A DNA stretch of 48,136 bases from Candidatus Methylomirabilota bacterium (GTDB taxonomy: Bacteria; Methylomirabilota; Methylomirabilia; Rokubacteriales; CSP1-6): the NCBI GenBank assembly GCA_046726415.1, contig JBKPAK010000054.1, positions 1 through 48,136 on the forward strand, written 5' to 3'. Below the pieces are notes generated by a model that saw nothing but the letters and a program-made list of their open reading frames with translations, made no database searches and was not told where the DNA came from. The first letter of the stretch is position 1. Each line of letters starts with the position of its first letter. This document shows positions 19,109 to 27,406 of this stretch, piece after piece. The position numbers and the translations under genes were made by a program.

Positions 19109-20365
19109 ATGAAACACACGCGTATCGCGATCCTGGGGGCGTCATTGGCGGGGGCGACCGCGGCGGCAACCCTGCGCGACGAAGGTTTTGACGGCGAGAT
19201 CCACCTGATCGGTGCCGAGGCCCAGCTGCCCTACAATCGTCCACCCTTGTCCAAAGGCTATCTACGTCAGCAGGAAGGCTTCGAGGCTCTGCTGGTCAAG
19301 CCCGCCGGATACTACTCCGAGCAGCGCATCGAGCTCAAGCTCGGGGTGCGGGCGACGATGATCGACGCCAAGCAGAAGTTCGTGGAGCTGGCGGGCCGCG
19401 AGCGCGTCGGTTACGACCGCCTCCTCGTGGCCACCGGCGGGCGCAACCGAACGCTGTCTGTGCCCGGCGCAAATCTCGAGGGCATCTTCCAGCTACGCAC
19501 CGTGGAGGACTGCGACCGGATTCGCGCGGTCACCCAGCGCGGCCGCCGCGCGGTGGTGGTGGGGCTTGGCTTCATCGGCTCTGAGGTGTCGGCGTCGCTG
19601 CGCCAGCTCGGGATTGAGGTGGCCGCGGTGGAGGGTGCCCCCGTGCCCCTGGCCCGAGTTCTCGGCGAGGAAGTCGGTCAGGTGCTGGCGAGTATCCATC
19701 GCGAGAACGGCGTGGAGCTGATCATGGAGGACTCCGTGGCGGCCTTCGAGGGCTCCGGCCGGGTCGGACGCGTGCGGACCAAGAAGGGGCGGGTCCTCGA
19801 GTGCGACATGGTGGTGACCGGAATCGGAATCGTCCCCAACACCGAGCTGCTGGCGGCGGGGGGAGCCCAGATCGACAACGGCGTGCTCGTCGATGCGCGA
19901 TGCCGCACGTCGCTGCCGGACGTGTTCGCCGCGGGCGACGTGACGAATCACCTGCACCCGATCTTCGGCCGCCTGCGCGTGGAACACTGGAACAACGGAT
20001 ACCAGCAGGGGAGGGCGGCCGCCCGGTCACTGCTGGGCGGAGAGCAGCCCTACGACTACGTCCATTCCTTCTGGTCGGATCAGTACGAGCACGTCGTCGA
20101 GTACGTGGGGTTCGCGCCCAGCTGGGACCGCCTCGTGTTCCGGGGCCGGCCCGAGAGTCGAAAGTTTCTAGGCTTCTACCTCAAGGATGGTGTCGTCCAC
20201 GCGGTGGTCGGCCTCAACCGCGGTGGCGATCCGGAGGACCCCAAAGGGGATGGTGAGCTGAAGGCCGCCGTGAGCTTGATCCGCAATCGCGCGGCCGTCG
20301 AGCCCGCGAAGCTGATCGACGAGGACGTCGATCTGCGCAGCTTGGTAGTTGCTCGAGCGTCCTGA
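19109..20365 (+). CDS. FAD-dependent ferredoxin-NAD(P)H reductase (putidaredoxin reductase-like)
   Basis: GASLAG, PYNRPPLSK, LLVATGG, GLGFIGSEV, VFAAGDV, RVEHW, FWSDQY; TATAAC -10-like box at 19083. Confidence 0.92.
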   Translation: MKHTRIAILGASLAGATAAATLRDEGFDGEIHLIGAEAQLPYNRPPLSKGYLRQQEGFEALLVKPAGYYSEQRIELKLGVRATMIDAKQKFVELAGRERVGYDRLLVATGGRNRTLSVPGANLEGIFQLRTVEDCDRIRAVTQRGRRAVVVGLGFIGSEVSASLRQLGIEVAAVEGAPVPLARVLGEEVGQVLASIHRENGVELIMEDSVAAFEGSGRVGRVRTKKGRVLECDMVVTGIGIVPNTELLAAGGAQIDNGVLVDARCRTSLPDVFAAGDVTNHLHPIFGRLRVEHWNNGYQQGRAAARSLLGGEQPYDYVHSFWSDQYEHVVEYVGFAPSWDRLVFRGRPESRKFLGFYLKDGVVHAVVGLNRGGDPEDPKGDGELKAAVSLIRNRAAVEPAKLIDEDVDLRSLVVARAS

Positions 20366-20432
20366 GTTGCGAGCGCGCGTGCCCTGAACCCTTCACGCGG
20401 TCGGCGAACCCCAATCTCGCGCGCCTTGGGAA

Positions 20433-21497
20433 TCACGTCATCGCGTCCGGTGTCACCGGGCGCCGGAGGCGGCTCGCCTCGTAAATCGCCAGTGGTACCT
20501 GAAGGACTTTCTTCGCCGTATGCACGTCCTGCGCCGGCTGCCGACCCTCCAGAAGCCCATCCACGAAATCCCGCGCCGCGCCGTCGAAGCCTGTGCGCCA
20601 GTCCATGGGCATCTGGTAGCTCGTCGTCTCGGCACCCTTGATGAGCACGACCGGTGGCAGATCGAGCATCTCGCCGGTGCACCGCGTGACCCAGAGGATC
20701 CCGCGCGAGCCGTGGATCTCGAAGAACTCGTCAGCGCGATAGTAGCGGCTCCGGATCGGCATCTCGGGGGCATAGGTATAGTCGATGATGCCGAGGCATT
20801 CGCGGTCCTTGAACCGCCAGGTGGCCACGCTCGGGACCTCTTGGAGGAAGTCCGACCCGTGGCTGACGATGGCCGAGATCTCGCCGATCTCCCCGATCCA
20901 GTACATGGCCGTGGCGTACTTGTGGACGCCGTCGTCGTAGAGGGCGCCGCCGGGGTTCCGGCCGGGATCGCGACGCCAGACCAGGGCCTCGGGGTCGAGG
21001 TCCACGGCCTGCCCGACGATGTCGCGCACCCGGGTGGTGTGGATGCGCACAAGAGAGGGCTCGCCGATGGCCCCGGCGTCGAGCAACTCCTTGGCCTTCA
21101 CGATGGGCGGGTAATAGAGGAAGTTCTCGGTCACGCGGAAGATCGTCCGCGCTGTGGCCGCGGCCGCCACGATCCGATCGGCCTCGGCCACGCTGACGGC
21201 GATTGGCTTCTGACAGGAGACGTGCTTGCCGGCGGCGAGTGCGGCCACGATCTGGTCGGCGTGGAGATATGTGGGGGTCAGCAGCTCGATGGCGTCAACG
21301 CCGGGGTCGTGGAGGAGCTGAGCGTAGTCCGCGTAGATCTTGGGCGTGAGGCCCCATTCGCGAGCCCGCCGCTCGGCGCGGGTCCGATCGGTGTCACAGA
21401 GGGCGACCACGTCGCAGCGCGGGTGCTCCAAGTACCCAGGGGCGTTGAGCTGGCAGATGTTGCCGCAGCCGACGATGGCGAGGCGCACCCGATCCAT
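20433..21497 (-). CDS. Gfo/Idh/MocA family oxidoreductase
   Basis: LAIVGCGNI, TPTYLH, GKHVSCQKP, GGALYDDGVH. Confidence 0.9.
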   Translation of the reverse strand: MDRVRLAIVGCGNICQLNAPGYLEHPRCDVVALCDTDRTRAERRAREWGLTPKIYADYAQLLHDPGVDAIELLTPTYLHADQIVAALAAGKHVSCQKPIAVSVAEADRIVAAAATARTIFRVTENFLYYPPIVKAKELLDAGAIGEPSLVRIHTTRVRDIVGQAVDLDPEALVWRRDPGRNPGGALYDDGVHKYATAMYWIGEIGEISAIVSHGSDFLQEVPSVATWRFKDRECLGIIDYTYAPEMPIRSRYYRADEFFEIHGSRGILWVTRCTGEMLDLPPVVLIKGAETTSYQMPMDWRTGFDGAARDFVDGLLEGRQPAQDVHTAKKVLQVPLAIYEASRLRRPVTPDAMT

Positions 21498-21795
21498 GCC
21501 TCAGTCCGCCCGATTTGCCGTGCCGATGAAACAGGCGCCACAGCCAGTTTCGTGCGGCGCCCAGCCTCCGGCACTCCCGCTGATCGCGATATCTGTATCG
21601 ATCCGATTTTCGGCCATGGTCCGCTCCTTGGTGTGCCGCCAGGTTCGTCTATCACTCTTTTCGCGGCCCGGTCAAACCGAGGTGCGCCGCTCACACGGTC
21701 TCGGTCGCGCCGCGCTTGACACGCGGCCGGTGCACGGGCTATTGGTCGGGCCGTCCGATGACTTCCCGGCTCGTCCGCGGCACGCTCTGAGCGCC

Positions 21796-22308
21796 ATGCC
21801 CGGCCGCCTGCGCCGACGAGAACCTACCCCTCCGCGACCCGCAGCCCGCAGGAAGCCGGCGACTCCACGCGGAACGGGGCGGGGGTCCGGGGGCGCGCCC
21901 GTCGAACGGTTGCGTGCGATCTGTCTAGCCCTGCCCGAAACCACCGAGAAGCTGGCGTGGGGTGAGCCGACGTGGCGTGTGAGAGGACGACTGTTCGCCC
22001 AGCTCGACGATCACCATCACGGCGCCGACCACCTCGCGGTGTGGCTGCCCGCGCCGCTCGGGGAGCAGGAAGCGATGATCTTCACGGACCCCGCGCGCTT
22101 CTTCCGGCCGCCCTACGTCGGGCATCGAGGCTGGGTCGGCGTGCGGATCGACCGGCGGCCCGACTGGGCGCTGGTGGCGACCCTGGTCGAGCAAGCGTAC
22201 CGTGAGGTCGCGCCACAGCGGCTGCGCGAGGCGGTCGGCGCAGCGGCCCGGGTCGCGACCGAGCGGGGGCGGCGCGCGCTCAGGCAAAGGAGCTCCGGAT
22301 GCGAGTGA
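21796..22308 (+). CDS. MmcQ/YjbR family protein
   Basis: RLRAICLALPETTEKLAWGEPTWRV...RFFRPPYVGHRGWVGVRID...VEQAYREVAP; start uncertain. Confidence 0.82.
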   Translation: MPGRLRRREPTPPRPAARRKPATPRGTGRGSGGAPVERLRAICLALPETTEKLAWGEPTWRVRGRLFAQLDDHHHGADHLAVWLPAPLGEQEAMIFTDPARFFRPPYVGHRGWVGVRIDRRPDWALVATLVEQAYREVAPQRLREAVGAAARVATERGRRALRQRSSGCE

Positions 22309-23198
22309 TCGATATGGAGTGCAGCGTCCCGAAGCGCGTGCCCGGCGACGGTGGAGCCCCTGCCGCGGCACCTGGCGCGCCGGACGCCGCACCCGGCGTC
22401 CCGGAGGCGCAGCGCCCAGCCGGCTATGGCATGGCCAACTACCAGCGCATCTTTCGCTCCCGCCGGGACGGCGGCGACACCCGGCCGGCCACGGAGCTCT
22501 CCGCATACGTGGAGCAGCTCGTGCAGGCGGGCATCGTGCGTGCGCTGCCCTTCGGCACCTCCAACGACGAGGTGGCCGACCTGCTGCGCGACTATCCGGA
22601 CCGCTTTCTCGGGCTCGCCCGCATCAGCGGGCTCGACGGTATGCGGGGCGTCCGCGAGCTGGAGCATCGGGTGCGCGAGCAGGGGTTCCACGCCCTCGGG
22701 GTCTCGGCCCTGGTCGATGGTATCCCGGCCGGCGATCGGCGCTACTACCCGCTCTACGCCAAAGCGGTCGAGCTGGACATCCCGGTGCGCATCTACTCTT
22801 CCATGAATTACGCGACCGATCGGCCGTACGACCTCGGCCACCCGCGGCATCTCGACCAGGTGGCCATCGACTTCCCGGAGCTGACGCTCATCGGCGGTCT
22901 CGGGGGCTGGCCGTGGGTGAACGAGATGGTTGCCCTCGTCCGGCGCCACCCGAAGCTGTATCTCGACACATCCGCCCACCGCGCGAAGTACCTCGGCCAA
23001 CGCGGGTCGGGATGGGAGATGCTGATGCAGTTCGGCAACACGCTTATCCAGGACAAGGTCCTGGTGGGGCTCTCGGCGGGTCTTGTCGGGCAGCCTCACG
23101 AGACGCTGATCGGGGAGTACCTGGCGCTGCCGCTCAAGGACACCGTCAAGGAGAAGTGGCTCTACCGGAACGCCGCGCGGGTGTTCGCGCTCGAGTAA
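22299..23198 (+). CDS. Amidohydrolase_2 family protein with non-canonical metal ligands
   Basis: YPDRFLG, YYPLYAKAVELDIPV, LDQVAIDFPEL, GGWPWV, LYLDTSA, KWLYRNAARVF. Confidence 0.82.
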   Translation: MRVIDMECSVPKRVPGDGGAPAAAPGAPDAAPGVPEAQRPAGYGMANYQRIFRSRRDGGDTRPATELSAYVEQLVQAGIVRALPFGTSNDEVADLLRDYPDRFLGLARISGLDGMRGVRELEHRVREQGFHALGVSALVDGIPAGDRRYYPLYAKAVELDIPVRIYSSMNYATDRPYDLGHPRHLDQVAIDFPELTLIGGLGGWPWVNEMVALVRRHPKLYLDTSAHRAKYLGQRGSGWEMLMQFGNTLIQDKVLVGLSAGLVGQPHETLIGEYLALPLKDTVKEKWLYRNAARVFALE

Positions 23199-23201
23199 AG
23201 T

Positions 23202-26200
23202 TCACATCGCGGCGAGCAGCGCCGAAATGTCGGTGACCCGCTTCGCGACTTCGTACCGCCAGCGTCCATAGGTTCCATCCGAGTTCACCGCAGCCACCCA
23301 GCGTCTCGCCGCGGCCGTCTTGACTTCCTCGAGTGGATCGAACCCTTTCGTCTCGAGGATCAGGTGCAGATGAGGTTGCGACTTCAGACGCACGATGAAG
23401 TCGGGGACGTAGTCGTGCACCTGGTCGTTGTGCAGATAGGGGATGGCAAACCCCAGCCCCGCGTTCTTGACGAACGCCTCGACGAGCGGGTGGGTGTCAA
23501 GGACGTATGCCGCCGACTGCTCCCACTTCGCGGTATCGGCGACGACGTAGTTGAGATGGCTGCGGACAACCTCCCGGACATCACGGCTCGTCCAGAAGTC
23601 CACCTCGGCCGTCGAGCCTGGACCGCGTCGCGCCTCGTACCGGGGCAGCTCCGGCGCCTCACCCTCCGACGTGTCGGGTTTGATGGCGCCGACCAGTGCC
23701 TCGATCACCCAGCCGTAGTAGGGCGAGAGGGCGACGTCCAGGACGTCGGCCGGCGGAAGAGGCTGCACGTTCTTGTGCAGATAGCGTTCGACGATCTGCA
23801 CGAGCTGTGGGAACAGCACGTGCGCGGGCACGTCGCAGCCCGGCTGGGCTGCGTAATCACGGGTGAGGTCGGCAGCGAGATCGAAGACCAGCTGCTGAAA
23901 GCGGTAGCCGGAGCGATACGGGTCGAGGTCGACTCGCTCGAGCTTGCCCGGCCCTGAGAGCGATGGGCGCCCCTTGTTGTTGGGCAGCGCCGCTTTCACC
24001 TCGACCTCGGGGGGGATCTTCATCGGATCCAGCGTGATCGTCGGCGCGCTCGACCAGTCGATCGTCACGTGGTTGCGGATCGCCTGGCGGTATCCCTCCA
24101 CGCGCGGGAAGCGAATCTCGTAGGCGGCCTTGGCCGGTACGGCGTGGACGTGATGGCGCTTCGGTGCCGGCGGCCGCGTACCACCCTTGTTCGCTTTGAA
24201 CGGGATCACCTGGAACGGCACGCCGAACACCTTGGCGACCTCTTCCTGCAGCATGCCGTCCTCGCCGACCTCGTAGCTGGACCGGCGCAGCCCGCGGCCG
24301 ACCACCTGCTCGCACAGGAGCTGCGACATGAAGGGCCGTAACCCCACGATATGCGTGACCGTGCTGCAATCCCAGCCTTCGGTCAGCATGCCCACGCTGA
24401 CGATGCAGCGGACGTCGCGGCCCGGCGGGTGCAGCGGCTTGCCGAGCTTCTTCGCCAGGTCCTCGAACCCCTCCGGATAGATCGGCCGGCCCTGGCGGTC
24501 CATGGGCCACGCGACCTTCCCCACGGTGTCCAGGGTCAGCCGCATCCAGGTCGACTCGTCGCTCTTGGCTCGGTCGCTGTCCGTCTCCTGGACGACCTTG
24601 GAATCGACACGGATCGTGTTCTGACGTTCGGGCGTATTGCGGAAGCCCGCGATGTTCGCCGGCGGAATGCCGGCCGGCGGGCGGTCGAGGGCGAGCCACT
24701 CGTATACGACCTTGGCGATCGCAGTGTCGCGGCAGACGATGATGAAGACGGGTGGTCGCGGGTCCTCCGCGTTCTGCTCCCACGCCTCGCGGAGCTCCTC
24801 CCACAATCCACCCAGCATGGCGGTGGGCGTGGCCGCCCACTTGACCACGGCCTCCGGCTTGGGGCTCCCGCGGGAGCCGCCGCGCTCCGCCGCGGTGAGG
24901 CGGGGCATGATCCACCGCCAGATGTTGAAGTAGCCCGGGATGTCGGCGCCGGTCGTGTCGCGCACGGCGAGCTGCGGGATCTTCACCAGCCCGGACTCGA
25001 TGGCGTCGGTGAGACCGAAATCGCTCACCATCCAGGGAAAGATGCGGTTCGTGTCCGACCCCATGCGGCCGAGGTAGTACGGCGTCGCCGAGAGATCCAC
25101 GCAGAAGTTGATGCCGCGGAGCTTGTGGATGCGATCGAGCCCTTCGACCCAGACCGTTGCTTCCTTGTAGAACTCGTCCTGCGCTTCCGGCTCGCTGTAT
25201 AGCTCCTCGACCTCACCGTCGGGGGAGTCACGGCGGATCCGGTAAGCGTGATGGGCCTCGTCGTTGAACACGAGGATGTTCTGCTTTCCCCCGACCTCAC
25301 GGCCCAGCACCCGCTCGACGACGGCGGTCTCGGATTCAAGATATCGAACCGACTCGACCCGGACCTTGAGCAGGTGGCCCTGCCGATCGCGGTCCTCTTC
25401 GATCACGCTGATGAGGTTGGCGGCGACCTGCCGCTCTAGCTCCTCCGGCGTGAGATAGCGCCGGCCTCGGGCCGTGGTCGTCCTGGCGCCGATGGTGATC
25501 GTCTCCACCGTCCGCACCGGGACGCCGGCGCGCGTCACCTTCGCACTGACCCCGCCCGGATTCACGCTCTGCGGCTCGAAGACGTGCCAGTTCGTGACGA
25601 GGACGCGCCCTTTGACCAGGTCCGACATGAGGTGCGGCGCCACCAGGTCGCGCGTCCGATAGAGGCTGGCCTCGCCTTCGCGCGGGTCCAGCTCCCGAAG
25701 GCGATTTCTGATCGTGACGTTGGGGCAGACCACAAGGACCACGTCGGAGAACCGGGCGTCGCCGCGGTTGTTGACCTTGTTGAGGATGCTCCAGGCCGCC
25801 AGCATGCCCATGACGGTCGTCTTGCCGGTCCCCGTGGCCATCTTGCACGCGACCCGGTCGAAGCCGGCGTAGCCCTCGGCCTTGCGGTCTTCGCTCGGCT
25901 CGTCGGAGGGAACGTCGATTCCCTGGAGAAAGTCGGCCCGCGCCTCGGTCAGGAAGATGACCGTCTCCACGGCCTCACGCTGGGCGAAGAAGAGCCGATG
26001 CTGGCGCCCTTCGCGCGTCCAGTAGGCGAGCAGCTCCTGCGTCGTCCGCGTCACCCCGGGCCGACCCGCCGCCTGCCACGCCCTCAGGCGCTCGCGGACC
26101 CGCTTGACGAGCTTCAGCTCGATCAGCGTTCCGGGGTCGTCGCCCGCGATCTCGCTCACGGGCCCGGGCGGACGGTAGTAGTACATTGCCGGCCGCCGCC

Positions 26201-26303
26201 CGGGCAGGCGGCGCGGGGTCTCGCCCTCGACGATGTGCCAGTGCTCGCTCGGCTCGTCGTAGGGTCCGGAGATGATCGGCTCGGCGACTTCGAAGCCGCT
26301 CAC
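23202..26303 (-). CDS. res: Type III-like restriction subunit Res (BPTD_3080-like; SF2 helicase + PD-(D/E)xK nuclease)
   Basis: FFAQREAVE, KMATGTGKT (Walker A), NDEAHHAY, DLSATP, VGMLTEGWD, EQVVGRGLRR, YVPDFIV...ILETKG. Confidence 0.9.
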   Translation of the reverse strand: MSGFEVAEPIISGPYDEPSEHWHIVEGETPRRLPGRRPAMYYYRPPGPVSEIAGDDPGTLIELKLVKRVRERLRAWQAAGRPGVTRTTQELLAYWTREGRQHRLFFAQREAVETVIFLTEARADFLQGIDVPSDEPSEDRKAEGYAGFDRVACKMATGTGKTTVMGMLAAWSILNKVNNRGDARFSDVVLVVCPNVTIRNRLRELDPREGEASLYRTRDLVAPHLMSDLVKGRVLVTNWHVFEPQSVNPGGVSAKVTRAGVPVRTVETITIGARTTTARGRRYLTPEELERQVAANLISVIEEDRDRQGHLLKVRVESVRYLESETAVVERVLGREVGGKQNILVFNDEAHHAYRIRRDSPDGEVEELYSEPEAQDEFYKEATVWVEGLDRIHKLRGINFCVDLSATPYYLGRMGSDTNRIFPWMVSDFGLTDAIESGLVKIPQLAVRDTTGADIPGYFNIWRWIMPRLTAAERGGSRGSPKPEAVVKWAATPTAMLGGLWEELREAWEQNAEDPRPPVFIIVCRDTAIAKVVYEWLALDRPPAGIPPANIAGFRNTPERQNTIRVDSKVVQETDSDRAKSDESTWMRLTLDTVGKVAWPMDRQGRPIYPEGFEDLAKKLGKPLHPPGRDVRCIVSVGMLTEGWDCSTVTHIVGLRPFMSQLLCEQVVGRGLRRSSYEVGEDGMLQEEVAKVFGVPFQVIPFKANKGGTRPPAPKRHHVHAVPAKAAYEIRFPRVEGYRQAIRNHVTIDWSSAPTITLDPMKIPPEVEVKAALPNNKGRPSLSGPGKLERVDLDPYRSGYRFQQLVFDLAADLTRDYAAQPGCDVPAHVLFPQLVQIVERYLHKNVQPLPPADVLDVALSPYYGWVIEALVGAIKPDTSEGEAPELPRYEARRGPGSTAEVDFWTSRDVREVVRSHLNYVVADTAKWEQSAAYVLDTHPLVEAFVKNAGLGFAIPYLHNDQVHDYVPDFIVRLKSQPHLHLILETKGFDPLEEVKTAAARRWVAAVNSDGTYGRWRYEVAKRVTDISALLAAM

Positions 26304-27406
26304 AACCCGAACGCTCTCCTGATGCCGTCGAGCTTCTCGACGACTTCGGGGTGAATTTCCTGATGCCTCATCACCGCCCCGATCTCATGGTAGCGAGTGT
26401 AGGGCAGTCCGGGGAGCCCCGCTGCGGAGAGCGCCGGCGGTAGCAACTGCGTGCGCGCCTTCGTGCCGTTCAAGAACGCGTGGTCGCCCAGCGGATCGCG
26501 CAGCACCGCGGGCGGGAAGTTCCTCTCGAGATAGCGTCGAAGGTCGGCCAGATGAGGTGGCGCGGCGGCCGGCCCGACGGTCTGCTCCACGAAGCGGGCG
26601 AGAGCGTCGGGATGGAGAAGATAGCTCTCGATCTCGTATCGCCGCCAGCGCAGGCGCTGGAAGCCCTCTCCGGTGATCGGGGTCGGCTGGATCTCCGGCC
26701 GCGCGTCTCCATCGACCAGCTCGATGGCCGGGAGGTCCTCCCGCACGAGCCGCAGCGCCTCGTAGTGCTCACGAGCTTGCACGCCCGGGGCGCCCGGCCG
26801 CGTCTCGACCACGGTGCGCTTCCAGAAGAGGCGGGTGGTCAGAAGCTCGCGCGCCGGATGGTCGAGCACTCTGGCCCACGCTCGCAAGATGTCCAGGTCG
26901 GTGTAGTCCTCGAGGTAGAGGACGCCCGGCGCGTCGCGCGCCAGCATCACGTCGGTGTGAGACAGGATCCGCAGCGAGTCGATGAGGCGCGCCCGCTCCT
27001 CCGTCATCGCCAGCATGCGGGGCTGGTCGAAAACGACGCACAGCTCCCGCGGCTCGACGGCGTTGACGATGACCTCCGAGTGCGTGGCGATCACGAGCTG
27101 GGAGCGCTGGCGCGCCGCCACCGCGCGGAGCTCGGTGTAGATCGCGTCCTGCAGGATCACGTGCAGGTGCGCGTCGGGCTCGTCCAGCAGCAGCACGGAT
27201 CCCGGGCGGGTCTGCAAGAACGTGAGCAGCATCAGGACTTGCTGAAACCCACTGCCGGCGCTGGCGATGTCGAGCCGCGGTCCGTCCGGGCGCTCTCGAT
27301 ACTCCGCGAGGATATTGTTGGGACCGGCGAGAACCACATGCCCGGGCAGGACGAACTCGACGTCGCCGAACCGCTTGAAGCGGCGCAGGCGAACGCGGTG
27401 GATCAC
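26300..27406 (-). CDS. OLD-like ABC ATPase-TOPRIM nuclease with an in-frame deletion through Walker A
   Basis: MIHRVRLRRFKRF...LAGPNN joins directly to ILAEY...AGSGFQQ, LLLDEPDAHLH, IATHS; TOPRIM-like LYLEDYTD, VDGD and YEIESYLL. Confidence 0.75.
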   Translation of the reverse strand: MIHRVRLRRFKRFGDVEFVLPGHVVLAGPNNILAEYRERPDGPRLDIASAGSGFQQVLMLLTFLQTRPGSVLLLDEPDAHLHVILQDAIYTELRAVAARQRSQLVIATHSEVIVNAVEPRELCVVFDQPRMLAMTEERARLIDSLRILSHTDVMLARDAPGVLYLEDYTDLDILRAWARVLDHPARELLTTRLFWKRTVVETRPGAPGVQAREHYEALRLVREDLPAIELVDGDARPEIQPTPITGEGFQRLRWRRYEIESYLLHPDALARFVEQTVGPAAAPPHLADLRRYLERNFPPAVLRDPLGDHAFLNGTKARTQLLPPALSAAGLPGLPYTRYHEIGAVMRHQEIHPEVVEKLDGIRRAFGL

